From: Marsupella aquatica
Lineage: Eukaryota > Plantae > Marchantiophyta
Assembly: GCA_973895155.1 (NCBI GenBank)
Contig: OZ316893.1
Location: 28,034,210-28,098,209 of the forward strand
Length of the DNA: 64,000 nucleotides
Direction: 5' to 3'
In this document: positions 39,010-50,314 of the stretch, piece after piece
How positions within the stretch are numbered: the stretch's first letter is position 1
Layout: every line of letters begins with the position of its first letter
The notes under the pieces: model-generated
Told to the model about the DNA's origin: nothing
Seen by the model: only the letters and a program-made list of their open reading frames with translations
The model's database searches: none
Made by a program: the position numbers and the translations under genes

Positions 39010-39945
39010 GCTGTTGACGCGACCAGTCGCGTGAAAATACTGTGAGGTTCCTTTTAGGACCAGTTGACGCGACCAGTCGCGTGTGAGAAGAAAACTGGAT
39101 AGATTTACTGAGCGCGTACCATATCCAAATCTCCACAAGGAAGGTTCAGTGGATATAGTTGTTTAGGTTCAGTTGACGCGATCAGTCGCGTCAGGTAGCT
39201 CTCTCATTGACTGGTTCTGTTAGAGGAGGTAAGGTTCCTTTTAGGACGAGTTGACGCGACCAGTCGCGTGTGAGAAGGAAACAAGATAGATTTACTGAGC
39301 GCGTACCATATCCAAATCTCCATAAGGAAGGTTCAGTGGATATAGTTCTTTAGGTTCAGTTGACGCGACCAGTTGTGTCTGAGGTAGCTCTCTCATTGAC
39401 TGGTTCTGTTAGAGGAGATAAGGTTCCTTTTAGGACGAGTTGACGCGACCAGTCGCATGTGAGAAGGAAACTGGATAGATTTACTGAGCGCGTACCATAT
39501 CCTAATCTCCACAAGGAAGGTTCAATGGATATAGTTGTTTAGGTTCAGTTGACGTGACCGGTCACGTCTGAGGTAGCTCTCTCATTGACTGGTTCTGTTA
39601 GAGGAGGTAAGGTTCCTTTTAGGACCAGTTGACGTGACTAGTCGCGTCTGACGTAGATCTCTCATTGACTGGTTCTGTTAGAGGAGGTAAGGTTCCTTTT
39701 AGGACCAGTTGACGCGACCAGTCGCGTGTGAGAAGGAAACTGGATAGATTTACTGAGCGCGTACCATATCCAAATCTCCACAGAAGGTTCAGTGGATATA
39801 GTTGTTTAGGTTCAGTTGACGCGACCAGTCGCGTCTGAGGTTGCTCTCTCATTGACTGGTTCTGTTAGAGGACAAAGACATTTATGATCAGTCTCTCAAA
39901 GAATTGTTTATGCATTCTGATTTGTAGACGCGACCAGTCGCGTGA
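39010..39945. repeat. Tandem array of ~190-bp units built around GACGCGACCAGTCGCGT
   Basis: GGTTCCTTTTAGGAC...GATAGATTTACTGAGCGCGTACCATATCC repeats four times plus partial units; 11 motif copies counted by eye. Confidence 0.9.
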
Positions 39946-39983
39946 AAATAATCTCTGGGATATATCATTTTGCTGAAAAGAGT

Positions 39984-40536
39984 CATGGGCGAACCTGGTC
40001 TGGAGAGCTTCAGATATCTATGCCCAATATTTGACGTTTTGGACAGAAGCCAAGATGGTCTACTTGCGGGATATTCTATATTTGTTGAAACACTACTACC
40101 TGGACTTCCAGATTTCATTGTCACGGAATTGATATGGCCTCGGATCCAGGAGACTTTTAATTCCTCGGCTAATGCAGGAAATTTCTCAATAAAGGAATTG
40201 GATGAGTTTGTAGGACTATCTTCGGTGTGTCGCAGATGGCGCCACCTTGTTGGGAATACCTATCATCTGGGTGTAATCAAGTTGAGTTTATTAGATTTGG
40301 CTTTCCCAGGAAATCCTACTAAACCAGTCGGAAATGAGTCTCTCTCATCGACAGTTCAAAGTTTCTTCCAGAAATACTCAAGAATTAAATTCATGGGGTC
40401 AATGTCCAGAGATCTTAGGGAACTCTTCACGAAGACTTACGATGCTCTTCACCCTCTTGAAAAATGGAAATTTACAGTCAGATGCCACGAAGTTGGATAC
40501 CTTGAGGGTGACATCTACGCTTTTAAGGAATTCTAG
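39984..40536 (+). CDS. F-box-like cargo protein 1
   Basis: LLPGLPDFIVTELIWPRI...LSSVCRRWRHLV. Confidence 0.65.
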
Positions 40537-40601
40537 TTAACTTACGTGACCAAGTGCGTCGTATGTCTTCTAACAATGTTTTGTGATATGATAAAAGCAG
40601 G

Positions 40602-41108
40602 ATGAGCCAACTTTTGAATGAGGCTCGAGATTTCCTTTCATCTCATGAAAAGAAACAGAAAACAATATGGGATACGCTGGATGAAACCTCCTCTAGTCTC
40701 ATTGGAGGAATACCAGATGTTTTGGTCATTTCAAACATTTGGCCAATACTCTACGAACACTTTATTTCAATTGAAAGATTGTGTGGATATCGACACCTTG
40801 ATAACGATTTGGTTATCGATAGGGTCCGAGACCTTATTCGGCTTGGAGCTTGTAGCAAGAAGTGGAACTTTTTAGTTACAAATACAAGGTTATGGGCTAT
40901 CCTCAAACAAGCAAACCGGATTGTCGATGTCGCAAATGATGCTCTTTACGACATACCCGAAACTGACGAGTTGGAGTTTGACTCAGTCTGTCGAGTTATT
41001 CAACAGGATATTTCTATGCTTCCAGAAATATCTGTTCTTGGGACTACTACTTCTGACGAAATCGCATTGTTTACAAACAAATATAACAATTTAGATGAGG
41101 AAGAATGA
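40602..41108 (+). CDS. F-box-like cargo protein 2
   Basis: LIGGIPDVLVISNIWPIL...LGACSKKWNFLV; paralogous to its neighbours. Confidence 0.6.
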   Translation: MSQLLNEARDFLSSHEKKQKTIWDTLDETSSSLIGGIPDVLVISNIWPILYEHFISIERLCGYRHLDNDLVIDRVRDLIRLGACSKKWNFLVTNTRLWAILKQANRIVDVANDALYDIPETDELEFDSVCRVIQQDISMLPEISVLGTTTSDEIALFTNKYNNLDEEE

Positions 41109-41202
41109 GATGTCCTAATCGAAAGGTTTGGTAGATTTTCTCAAAATCTCGGTGGTCCCAGTTCTTAATGGATAGGTTCTTGTTCTTAATCTTTTCCATA
41201 TT

Positions 41203-41697
41203 ATGCTGCAGTCCTTTGACATGAATCGAAAATCTCATCGTCAAATGATGATGGAGCGCATTGCACGTGCAAAGGTTATGAACCGAAACATGATATGGAG
41301 TCAAGCTGAAGACCTGATACCCGGTCTTCCGGACGATATTGTCGAGAAATATATTTGGCCATTAGTCAAAGAGTTTTTCCACTGTCTTGGGAATTTGTTG
41401 GATACTACGATTAAAAATCGGGTCATGGACTTGATCGCCATTTGAACAGTCAGTAAGAAGTGGTGCCACATAGTTACTTATAGTAGTACTTGGGCGACGG
41501 TCACCTTGGTAGCTTACGACTTCACTGATAGACCAGGATATGAATCGCTTCGAAGGCATTTGACTTCACGGAGTGTAGCATTAAGATTTACAGAATCCAT
41601 CAGAACTCTCCCGCCGCTGGACATTCTGGGTGGATTTGAAGGATCTGAACTTGACACGTTTAGGAACCTTTGGTTTTGGTTAGATGAAGATGAGTGA
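41203..41697 (+). pseudogene. F-box-like cargo protein 3, in-frame TGA at 41443
   Basis: LIPGLPDDIVEKYIWPLV...I*TVSKKWCHIV. ORFs 41203 and 41506 share a frame. Confidence 0.6.
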
Positions 41698-41808
41698 GAA
41701 GATTGGGTCAGGATAAATGTTCATAAAATGTAATTCGGCACGACGCGACCATGCACGTGTTAGTATTTTATAATAAACGTTTAACTTTCAATATTTGTCT
41801 GTTTCAGA

Positions 41809-43047
41809 ATGGATCCTACCGGAACCTCAAAGCGGAAAAGAGACTCGTCTAAAGCTGCTTCTCGAAAGAAAACCAAGACAAAAATGACTCCCACGGAGAC
41901 ATCCATACTTGCATATCGAGGAAAGTCAATCAGAGAGAGAACAACGGAGACAAAGAGTATCCATCTCTTTGAATCGACTGAGATATCCGATTTTGGAATA
42001 GTCGTTCGCAATGGGGCTGTCCATCTTGTGGTGGCAAGAAATGATAAAGCAACAGTTTTGGAGAGATCAAAAATTCTCGGGTGTTTCTTTGAGAAGAACA
42101 TGAAAGTTAAAGAGTGTACAGAGGGATTGGTTCTGCTAGTCAGCGACGACCAGCAGGAAGACAAAATAAGCATTTGTTTGGATCAAACGCAATATGTAAC
42201 CTTCAATCAACCCATAATCGATGATCTTCTAGGTGCAAGGCACGCCTTGGAAAAGGTTACTAGTGTGGGATATCCTTCCGATCCAGAGGCATCAATGGGA
42301 GATTTGATTTGTCAATACATTATTGGCATACTTGAGTTCCAGAGAGTTCCTTTCAACCAGGGATTTCACTTGGGAAAGGCCCCGCCAGTGAGCAAGGTTG
42401 AAGTATACTCGGCGGAGAATCTTCCGAAAGTAATTACCTCAGCGAATGTCGGGGCTCTGTTTGATTCTTTCCTCAAAGAATATAGTGCTGTGAATATATT
42501 TAACAGCAAGTCATTTTTTGTTGAGACATCACGTTGTCATCTTGCACCAAACCACATCAAGTGCCGAGAGTGGAATCAGGATTACACATATAGGCTAAAG
42601 AATTCACTCCTCTCTAATTCGGCTATAAAGTTTGAGAAGCGATGTTGCTTTTTAGTCCCTGTGAAGTGGGTTCAGTCGGAGGCCGACAGAGATCCCGACT
42701 ACAATGGGACGCCCTACGATTCATCGCCAAAGGAGGAGGACATTATGACCAGTCATTTCTGGATACTCGGAGGCCAGCACACAATAATGGCGTACAAATT
42801 GCTGAGAGAGGACGACAAAGTCAGCCAAGTTGTACGAGACGCTTGCGGTACTGTAGAAGTTGTAATGTTTTGGGCAACGCTCAACAACGACAATAATGTT
42901 CATTTGATGGGATTATCGAAAGCTTTGAACCACTGTCATCAAACATCAATGGAAGAAGGACAGTTTCTCACCATTGTACGACAGTGTCGTAATATCTGGA
43001 ACTCATTTGGGCGGCCTGGATCACATTATCGTCATCCAAATTGGAAG
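41809..43047 (+). CDS. Exon 1 of the large cargo gene: ParB/Srx-like domain
   Basis: CREWNQDYTYRLKNSL...HFWILGGQHTIMAY...VEVVMF...LSKALN fits the ParB-like pattern. Phase-0 GT-AG intron at 43048-43146. Confidence 0.6.
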
Positions 43048-43146
43048 GTATATAAATAACCCTCTTCGATCATATTATCGTATAAACTTTTGTCACGCGA
43101 ACGGTCGCATCAAGCTTAGAATTGTCATGTTTCCATTGTTTTTCAG

Positions 43147-44872
43147 GTATTTATGAGAGCTACAAGTTTTGTTTGCCCATGGGCTCAAATGGGGAAGAAC
43201 AAAATGATGAAATTTGGAGAATTGGCTCCGTTTCTCTTTACAATGGAGGACGAAACATTCAAGAAGTGGATGGAGGTCTACGAACTATCAAGGACAGGAG
43301 AGCTTGTAATTTACAACAGAATTTTACAGAGGGACGCCGTCAAAATTGTGGATAATTCGTGTGCTTATCATCTTCTGAAGAAGACGTTCCGTTCTTGTCA
43401 AGGGTGCTCAGACTCGGTTCTTTGAAAGGCAGCGGAATATATGTTGAGCGGAAGATTGTCTATACTCAAAAACCGAAGCATCAAAGTGAAATCTGGGAAG
43501 GCGAGGAAGTCCTCTGAGGCTCCAGTGTTGTCAACGACCAGCATGAGTTTGGAGCAATTCTGTATAAAGAAGACGACGAAAGTTGAGTTTGAGATTTTAT
43601 TATTGAGTAAACTCAACGGGGAAACATCCACCCGGACGGAGCTGAAAAGTCTGACAGATTCAGCGCGGAAATTGCAGGTCAAAGGAATGATTGATCGCTT
43701 TAAGCTCGACAAGATGGTGCTGAAGCAGTTGAGAGATGCGTTGAGTGGTTATCTGAAGAAGTGCTTAAATGTAAATATTAGTAATGATAATTTGTTGAAG
43801 GAGATCGACCCTATATTCTACAGGTTGGTCGAAGGAATACAAAAATCAATTGATAGTCAAGGAAACCAACTAGTGCGGCCGGTCGATGAGAGGCTGAAAT
43901 TGCGATCCCTGCAGGATATACAAAATGTTGGGTTTGCAGACTGTATCATACGTGAAGACAAGAACCTTGCGAGCTTGATTTATTTTGATCCCTCATCAAA
44001 GGGAGATTTGCGTCCGCCAAATTGCTCATTCTATGAGGGGTTATTTCGTGCTACTAGCGAGATAGGGGCAAAACCACACCATGTGGTTATTATTGTAGCC
44101 TCTCCCGTTGAGTCTTACTTAATCAAATGGGAATTAGGGAAGTACACACACTACGTTGCTGTTGATAGCCATTATATTCAGAAGCGGCCGAAGGAGAAGA
44201 AGCTTATTGTAACCTACGCTTTTCACAGCTTGGCCTTCAGCACAATGAGTGATCCACAAGCCCTCGAGTTCCAATTGGTCTCCAAATATCAGATTGAGAA
44301 GATAGCCAATTTTGAAGAGAGCGGCGAGTTCACGACACCTTCCCCAGAAAAGATACTTCCATTCTTTGAAAGTATTGTTAGTCAATTCGTCCAATGTGGG
44401 GAATGGGCTATATGCTTCGGTGAGGGAACGAACTTGATCCAGTGCTTAATGGTAAGTTTTGAGATTTATATTTTGGGGTTTCGATTTTAAGATTATTTAC
44501 ATTATTATATTCTCAATTAATATTGTGAACTAATTTTGGCTTTTTTATAGGATGCTGGATCCAATGTAAAATATTACTGCCCTGTGGCAACGCATAGGGA
44601 GTTGTCTTGTTTCTTGCAACACACCACGGCGACAATTGATACAACGCTGTCATTGATTGACCCAGTACGGGCTAGTATAGAAAAATGTATAGATAAATTA
44701 ATGAAGTACCGTCCATCCGTAACTGCTCTCAGGGCTGATGTTTTGGATGTTCTCCACGAACAACATATCCCTGATAATCTTTGTAATCAATTATTGCAAG
44801 AGTATGCACTCTCTGAAGATTCCGATCAATTGTACATTCGACCAACGGAGTACCCTAGTGGGCCAATCCAAG
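43147..44872 (+). pseudogene. Exons 2-3: helical region and degenerate beta-class DNA MTase-like domain (in-frame TGA at 43423)
   Basis: ASLIYFDPSS (cf. DLI.TDPPY), GAKPHHVVII (cf. LKPGG) and EKILPFFESIVSQFVQCGEWAICFGEGT (cf. KP..L...I......GD.VLD.F.GSGT) appear in beta order. Frame-preserving introns at 44452-44550 and 44873-45000. Confidence 0.45.
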
Positions 44873-45000
44873 GTAAGTTACTTTTGAAACCTCTTACTTT
44901 TTATTGCGTCACGCGAACATGTGCGTGGACATTCATAACATTTCTTTTCACGCGAATATGCGCGTGAGTCATTCTTATCAAATGATTTGATTTTATTCAG

Positions 45001-46241
45001 ATCAAGTCGACTGTGGCTTCAATGTTGAGGATGCAGGGAGCAATGGTGATGCGGATGGTGAGGGGGAAGGTGATGCGGAAGGTGACGCGGATGGGGATGT
45101 CAATGACCAAGATCCAGAGTGGATGACCGATACGTAGAACGACGTCGGAGATTTCGACAATAGAGGAGATGAAGAGAGTGACGGAGAGGAGATGAAGGAC
45201 GTTGAGAACGCTGATGAAGAGGATGAGGAGATGGAGGGTTCCAAGGACGCTGAGGACTCTGATGAAGAGGCCACACAGGAGCCTTGACATGAGGTGGACT
45301 GAGAGGAGGCGGCCCGGCAGGAGGAGGCCCGGCAGGAGGCGGCCCGGCAAGAGGAGCTTCAAAAGAAGGAGGTTAAGAAGAAAAAGGCAGCAGCTAGAAA
45401 AGCAACTACCGCGAAGAAGAAGGAGAAAGCCCAGGCGGAGAAAGCCCAGGCGGAGAAAGCGGATGCCGAGAAAGCCCAGGCTGAGAAAGCCCAGGCAAAG
45501 AAAGCGGAGGCTGAGAAAGCGGAGGCTGAGAAAGCGGAGGCTGAGAAAGCCCAGGCCGAGAAAGCCCAGGCGGAGAAAGCCCAGGCGGAGAAAGCGGAGG
45601 CCGAGAACGCGGACGCTGCGAGAGTCCTTTTAGTGACAGAGGAAAATAGGGCCAAGGCGGAGAGTGTGGCGGCTAAGAGGCTGCTGGCCGAGAGGATGGC
45701 GGACGAGACCGCAAGACCGGAGAGGGTGGAGGCGGAGAAGTTGGAGGCGGAAAAGGTCAATTCCGCAAGACTGGAGAGAGAAGAAGCCGCAAGACTGGAG
45801 GCAGCGAGGAAGGAGGCCGAGAGGGCCAAGGATCTTTCGCTTATTCCTGAGGCACAACGTCTACCAAAAATAAGGCTGAATTTGAAGAAGCCGTCTTCAC
45901 CCTCAGTTGTAGTTAAGAAGAAAATATTAGACTATTTTCTTCGCCCGGAGTTTGAATTTAGCGATCCACCCTTAAGTACGGTCTCGTTGGATGATTGGAA
46001 TAAATATTCACCAGAGCAGCTCCGAGTCCAGGCAGTCCTTGCTTTGCAATATTGGAAGGGTCTTTTGATTACCGAGGAGAAGACTGCCACTGCATCCAGA
46101 ATGGAGACAATCATCAATAATGTGCGCTTTTCTGAGAATCGAGTGCAAGACCTGGGAACATTTTTGGCACCAGACTCGGCTCAAGTCGTTAAGAGACTAA
46201 CAGCTGACTTGACGCGACCGGGTTCGTGGTCTCGACCCTGA
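45001..46241 (+). pseudogene. Acidic D/E tract and (AEKAQ/AEKAE)n coiled-coil exon
   Basis: The frame set by the phase-1 intron reads DQVDCGFNVEDAGSNGDADGE..., with a 15-bp tandem repeat at ~45425-45610. In-frame TAGs at 45135 and 45630. Confidence 0.65.
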
Positions 46242-46744
46242 TATATTGCAGAGGTGACTCGCGTAGAAATTGTGGCACCTGATATTTTGGAATCGGATTC
46301 CCAGATTATGGAATATTTGAATCAAATGCCACAACCATTTGAAGGTCTTCCCACCTCATCGCTCCAACCTTCGCAAACTGGTCCGGTGGAGCGATCACTG
46401 CGGTCTTGAGGAGGGCTGAAGGATGTTGTTGCGATTGAGGCACCCAAGAGATCAGCTGCGAAAAGGCCGGATCCACCCAATCCAAAGGTCATTCGCAAGC
46501 TATAAGCTTAAAGTTTCTATTATAGATGTCATTATTTTATTATTGATCTGTTATTGTTTTTGTTTTCTGAGGCTACAACCCTTAGGCTACAACCTCAGTA
46601 CGTTATTTGAAGGCGTACTGAAATCTCTGTTTTTTGCAGTTTTTTGAAAATTTGGCTAGTCGAATAGATCAATGCCTTGATCCTTCTAAGGATATGGAAG
46701 AGCTATTGACCAAGTTCTTATAACACTCGATCAAGAGGAAACAT

Positions 46745-47428
46745 ATGATGTGTTTGAGACCGCGCGAGTTGCTCACCGATGATATAATTAATGCTTATTT
46801 GAGTTTTCTCGAACTGATTCTTGATAGAGTTGGAAAGTCAGACCTTGTCAAATTCTTCCAAACACACCATTTTGAGCTTCTCTCCATGGATCCTACCATT
46901 TTCGACGAGGAGAGGGCAGCTTGGACAAAGGAGTTTCCGCTAAAAATCAGTGAATACGACAAACTGGTCTTTCCAGTACACAATGCTGTGAAAGAACATT
47001 GGTCATTGGTAGTCTTGTATCCGAAGGAGAAACGGCTGGAGTACCTAGATTCTCTAGTTCATAATCGACAGAATCCTGGGGTGCTAGATATTGTTGGGAA
47101 GTACTACGCCGACGAAATTGGCTGGAGAACTGGTTTCAACTTGGATCTCTTAGGTTGGGAACGGATATATCGGAATGATATTCCTCACCAGAGTGACGGC
47201 CACAGTTGTGGTGTGTTTATCTTGAGATACGCCAAGTGCTTGTGTCAAGGAAACGGAATTAATTTTGCCGCGGATCAAATTGAGAAATTCCGTAGGGAGA
47301 TAGTCTTATCGTTATTTGACATGGACTTCCGCAAGCCGACGTCCGCAAGTAACCTAGTTACCGGGATCCGTGCTACTATGATTGACATTTTCGGCGGAAT
47401 TCCAGCACTGAACGACCGTCTTGTACAG
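46745..47428 (+). CDS. Ulp1/SENP-family (C48) SUMO protease domain
   Basis: LTDDIINAYL, FPVH...EHWSLVV, YLDSL, PHQSDGHSCGVF: His-Asp-Cys triad and oxyanion Gln all present. Confidence 0.9.
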
Positions 47429-47503
47429 GTAATACACTTCATTTCAGTGTCTCTCTTTGTAGTCACGCGACCGTTCGCGTTATAAACTTATTTTCATTTC
47501 TTA

Positions 47504-48412
47504 ATGTTTTACAGAAGCCTATCCCGAAACCCCCTGATCGAGTATCGAAGGCACCAGTCCGGTGATCATCCGGAGGCGGGAAACAAACAGACCGTTCTAG
47601 TACGTTCTCCAAACCCTGCGGCACAAAAATCACAGGTACAGATGGCGCCTAATCCATCGGCAAAGAAGTCACCGGTTCAGAAGAGACTTGTAATTTTCGA
47701 TCTGAATCGGGTACTTATCTGGTCAGAGAAGATCAGCCCTGGGATGCCCATTCGGTCAAGGGGTGTGAGACAGATGCACAAGGTTATCTATCCAAGGCCT
47801 GATTTAATGGAATTTCTTGAGAAGGTGGCAGATCTATACGACATTGCAATCTGGTCGTGCATGTTCAAACGGAATATTCTATCTTGTGTAAGGCTGATAC
47901 TTCGACCCAAAGTTTTGAAACGTATTAAATTTATATGGGGACAAGAATCAACTCGACTTATTGGGAAGAATAATAATGACATCCCTTTATTTGTCAAATG
48001 TCTCTCGGATATTGCCGCAGATATTAAAGATTACAACATCGAGAATGTCATTCTTATCGATGACGCTGCATATAAGATGAGCCTTAATGACTTCTATTCA
48101 TCGCTGTATCCCGATGCATATTCTGGGCTCGATGATGACCTATTTTTTAGAAAGAAACTATATCCATATCTATGCAACATGTCAATTGACAAGTTGACAT
48201 TCCGCGAGCTCCTTAGTGGATATGGGATTCCAACGTTCTCTCAAGAAAATCTTGAGAAAGATTATATTGATAAGACGAATCTTTGGAGGAGAAACGTGAT
48301 CATTCGTAATCAGGGGAATAAAGACCATTTAGAAAAGTTTGACAAATTTATGAAATACTTATCTACCGAAAAAGACCGTGCTATAGAAGCCCGGGATAAG
48401 TCCAATAAGTAA
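47504..48412 (+). CDS. FCP1/NIF-like HAD phosphatase domain 1
   Basis: KRLVIFDLNRVL, RPDLMEFL...YDIAIWS, FVKCL, NVILIDDAAYK. Confidence 0.8.
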   Translation: MFYRSLSRNPLIEYRRHQSGDHPEAGNKQTVLVRSPNPAAQKSQVQMAPNPSAKKSPVQKRLVIFDLNRVLIWSEKISPGMPIRSRGVRQMHKVIYPRPDLMEFLEKVADLYDIAIWSCMFKRNILSCVRLILRPKVLKRIKFIWGQESTRLIGKNNNDIPLFVKCLSDIAADIKDYNIENVILIDDAAYKMSLNDFYSSLYPDAYSGLDDDLFFRKKLYPYLCNMSIDKLTFRELLSGYGIPTFSQENLEKDYIDKTNLWRRNVIIRNQGNKDHLEKFDKFMKYLSTEKDRAIEARDKSNK

Positions 48413-48537
48413 ACGTTTATTATTTATTATCAATTATTATTTATAAATTGATTGAAATTGAACTTTTGGGAGTGACGCGCCCGGTCGCGTGGTTGTTTGC
48501 AATTGCATAATATGAGAATCGAATTGTTCATTTATAG

Positions 48538-50046
48538 GTGTCTAAGTGGAGCAGGTCGCATCAACTTCTAGTTTTAGGACTGGAAAACTTCCTGTGCTCT
48601 GTTTCAAAATATACTCCTTAGCTCAAGTTGACACCCGGAATTCGTATCGGATCTCTATGTGTCGTTTCGAGGCTGCATCTTCATGATCTTATAAAATTCT
48701 GTTATGATCATTTTGATGTGATGGTCTGGTCTATTCTTGACGATAAACTGGTTTATCAGATACTTTCAGAAGTGTTGTCGAGCACCGACCTGTCGCAGCT
48801 GATATATGTGTTCACACGGGATCATTGCTGGAATCTTGGTTATGTGAAGAAAAATTATAAGACTATTGTCTTCAAATCTATCGAGAGACTACGTGATATG
48901 TTTCAAGATTATCGACCAGAGAATATAATCCAGATTGATGCCTGTCCTTCCCATACATGCCAGACAGCTGTATGCGGATTATTGTTCGCTAAGTCGTTTC
49001 AAGGATTGTTGGATGATGTCTTTTTGAGGGATGACCTCATTCCATATTTACAAAAGCTATCAAATTCAGGGCTTGTCTTGCGTTCGCTAACAAGTTCGAT
49101 TATCCCATCTGGTCGATTAGAAATCTACATCGAGATTGGGATCTGAACGAGGATATATGGGAGCATCTGTACGTGCAGAGACATGCGGATCAAGTTCTTA
49201 TCAAGCACTTCAACAGACATCACTTATCAATGGCCAGAGTGTAGAGGATGTTTTCTCTGTAATATGTGACGCGACCATTCGCATGACTACATCCATACGG
49301 GCTCATGCATCTTCTTGTGTTTCTCTACAGGAGATTCATTGCAGCAGAGAAAATGGGCTCATAGTTTTAGACGTGGAGCATCTACTCTGTTACACTGCAC
49401 CGCATTCCCGACTGATGGCGGTCTCAACTGGAATTCGGATTGGGAATATATACATTTTTCCAAGGCCTCATCTTCACAAATTCTTGAGATTCTATTTTGA
49501 GAATTTCGATGTAGGGATCTGGTCCTCTCTTGGGAAGAACCTTTTAGATCAGATTTTAGCATCTATTTTTACTGCGATGGAAATGGCCTCATTTATCAGT
49601 CTCATTGTTATTTATGCGATGGGGTGACATCAAATAAGCGGATATTTTTGAAGTGTTTTGAGAAGGTTGGAATTTATACAAAGGCGTATCTGCAGCAAAA
49701 TATAATGCTTATCGAATTCGATGCATTTCATGCTTGTTTAGATCCTGTTGTTGGATCATTATTTCCGCCCAAATATTTTGGGTCGGTCGACGACAGTTTC
49801 CTAATTAACTTGCTGATTCTGTATCTTAGCAAGCTAGCAAACTCTTGTGAGCCGCTTGTCATTGCCAATGGAAGAGATTATCCAGATTGGTCAGTTAAAT
49901 CTATTTTTAGAGATTGTGATTATAATCATGCTCTATGGGAAAACCCTATGATTCAAAGGCATGGAGATAGATATCTAGTAGAGCAATTTAATAGACGCCC
50001 AATTTTGGACGCTTCCAAAATAATAGTCGGCATGAGATCAGATTAA
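48538..50046 (+). pseudogene. FCP1/NIF-like domains 2 and 3, diverged and frameshifted
   Basis: RLHLHDLIKFCYDHFDVMVWS...NIIQIDACP and IVLDVEHLL...RPHLHKFLRFYFENFDVGIWSS...NIMLIEFDA. Confidence 0.7.
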
Positions 50047-50314
50047 TTTGTATGTCGTTCTAGAAACTATTTGTAAACTCCTTATATACTGGTTATCATA
50101 TATAAAGGATCTCAAAGATTTATTTCTCTATTATTATTATTCGCGTGAGCATGTCTCTTGGTCCCGTCAAGTTGGATTGGTTAAAATGTGACGTTGCAGT
50201 CATTTTCAGGGTTTCACGCGCAGCCACGCGTCATGTCGCCCCCTTTTTATTAAAATAATAATATTTAGTGATTTTCGGAATTTCCAAAGTTCGGTTTTCC
50301 TTAAATTGGGGTTT

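Larger units (their letters stand above)
25756..50314. mobile_element. Giant cargo-carrying TIR DNA transposon (24.6 kb including a nested 3.5-kb retroelement)
   Basis: TIRs AAACCCCAATTTAAGGAATACTGAA (from 25756) and TTCGGTTTTCCTTAAATTGGGGTTT (to 50314), 18 bp perfect. Flanked by AG/AG. Excision with one AG restores the host LTR ORF in frame (...AAA GAC CAG|AGG AGG AGA GGG GTA...). Contains a transposase. Confidence 0.9.

Noticed and set aside
35455-39945. Palindrome-containing arrays as a CRISPR array
   Set aside because: The sequences between motifs are themselves repeated rather than unique spacers, there are no cas genes, and the context is eukaryotic.
45202-45633. Arg-rich protamine-like ORF and the antisense SAWAF ORF
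   Set aside because: Alternative-frame readings of the 15-bp repeat; splice phase supports the AEKAQ frame.
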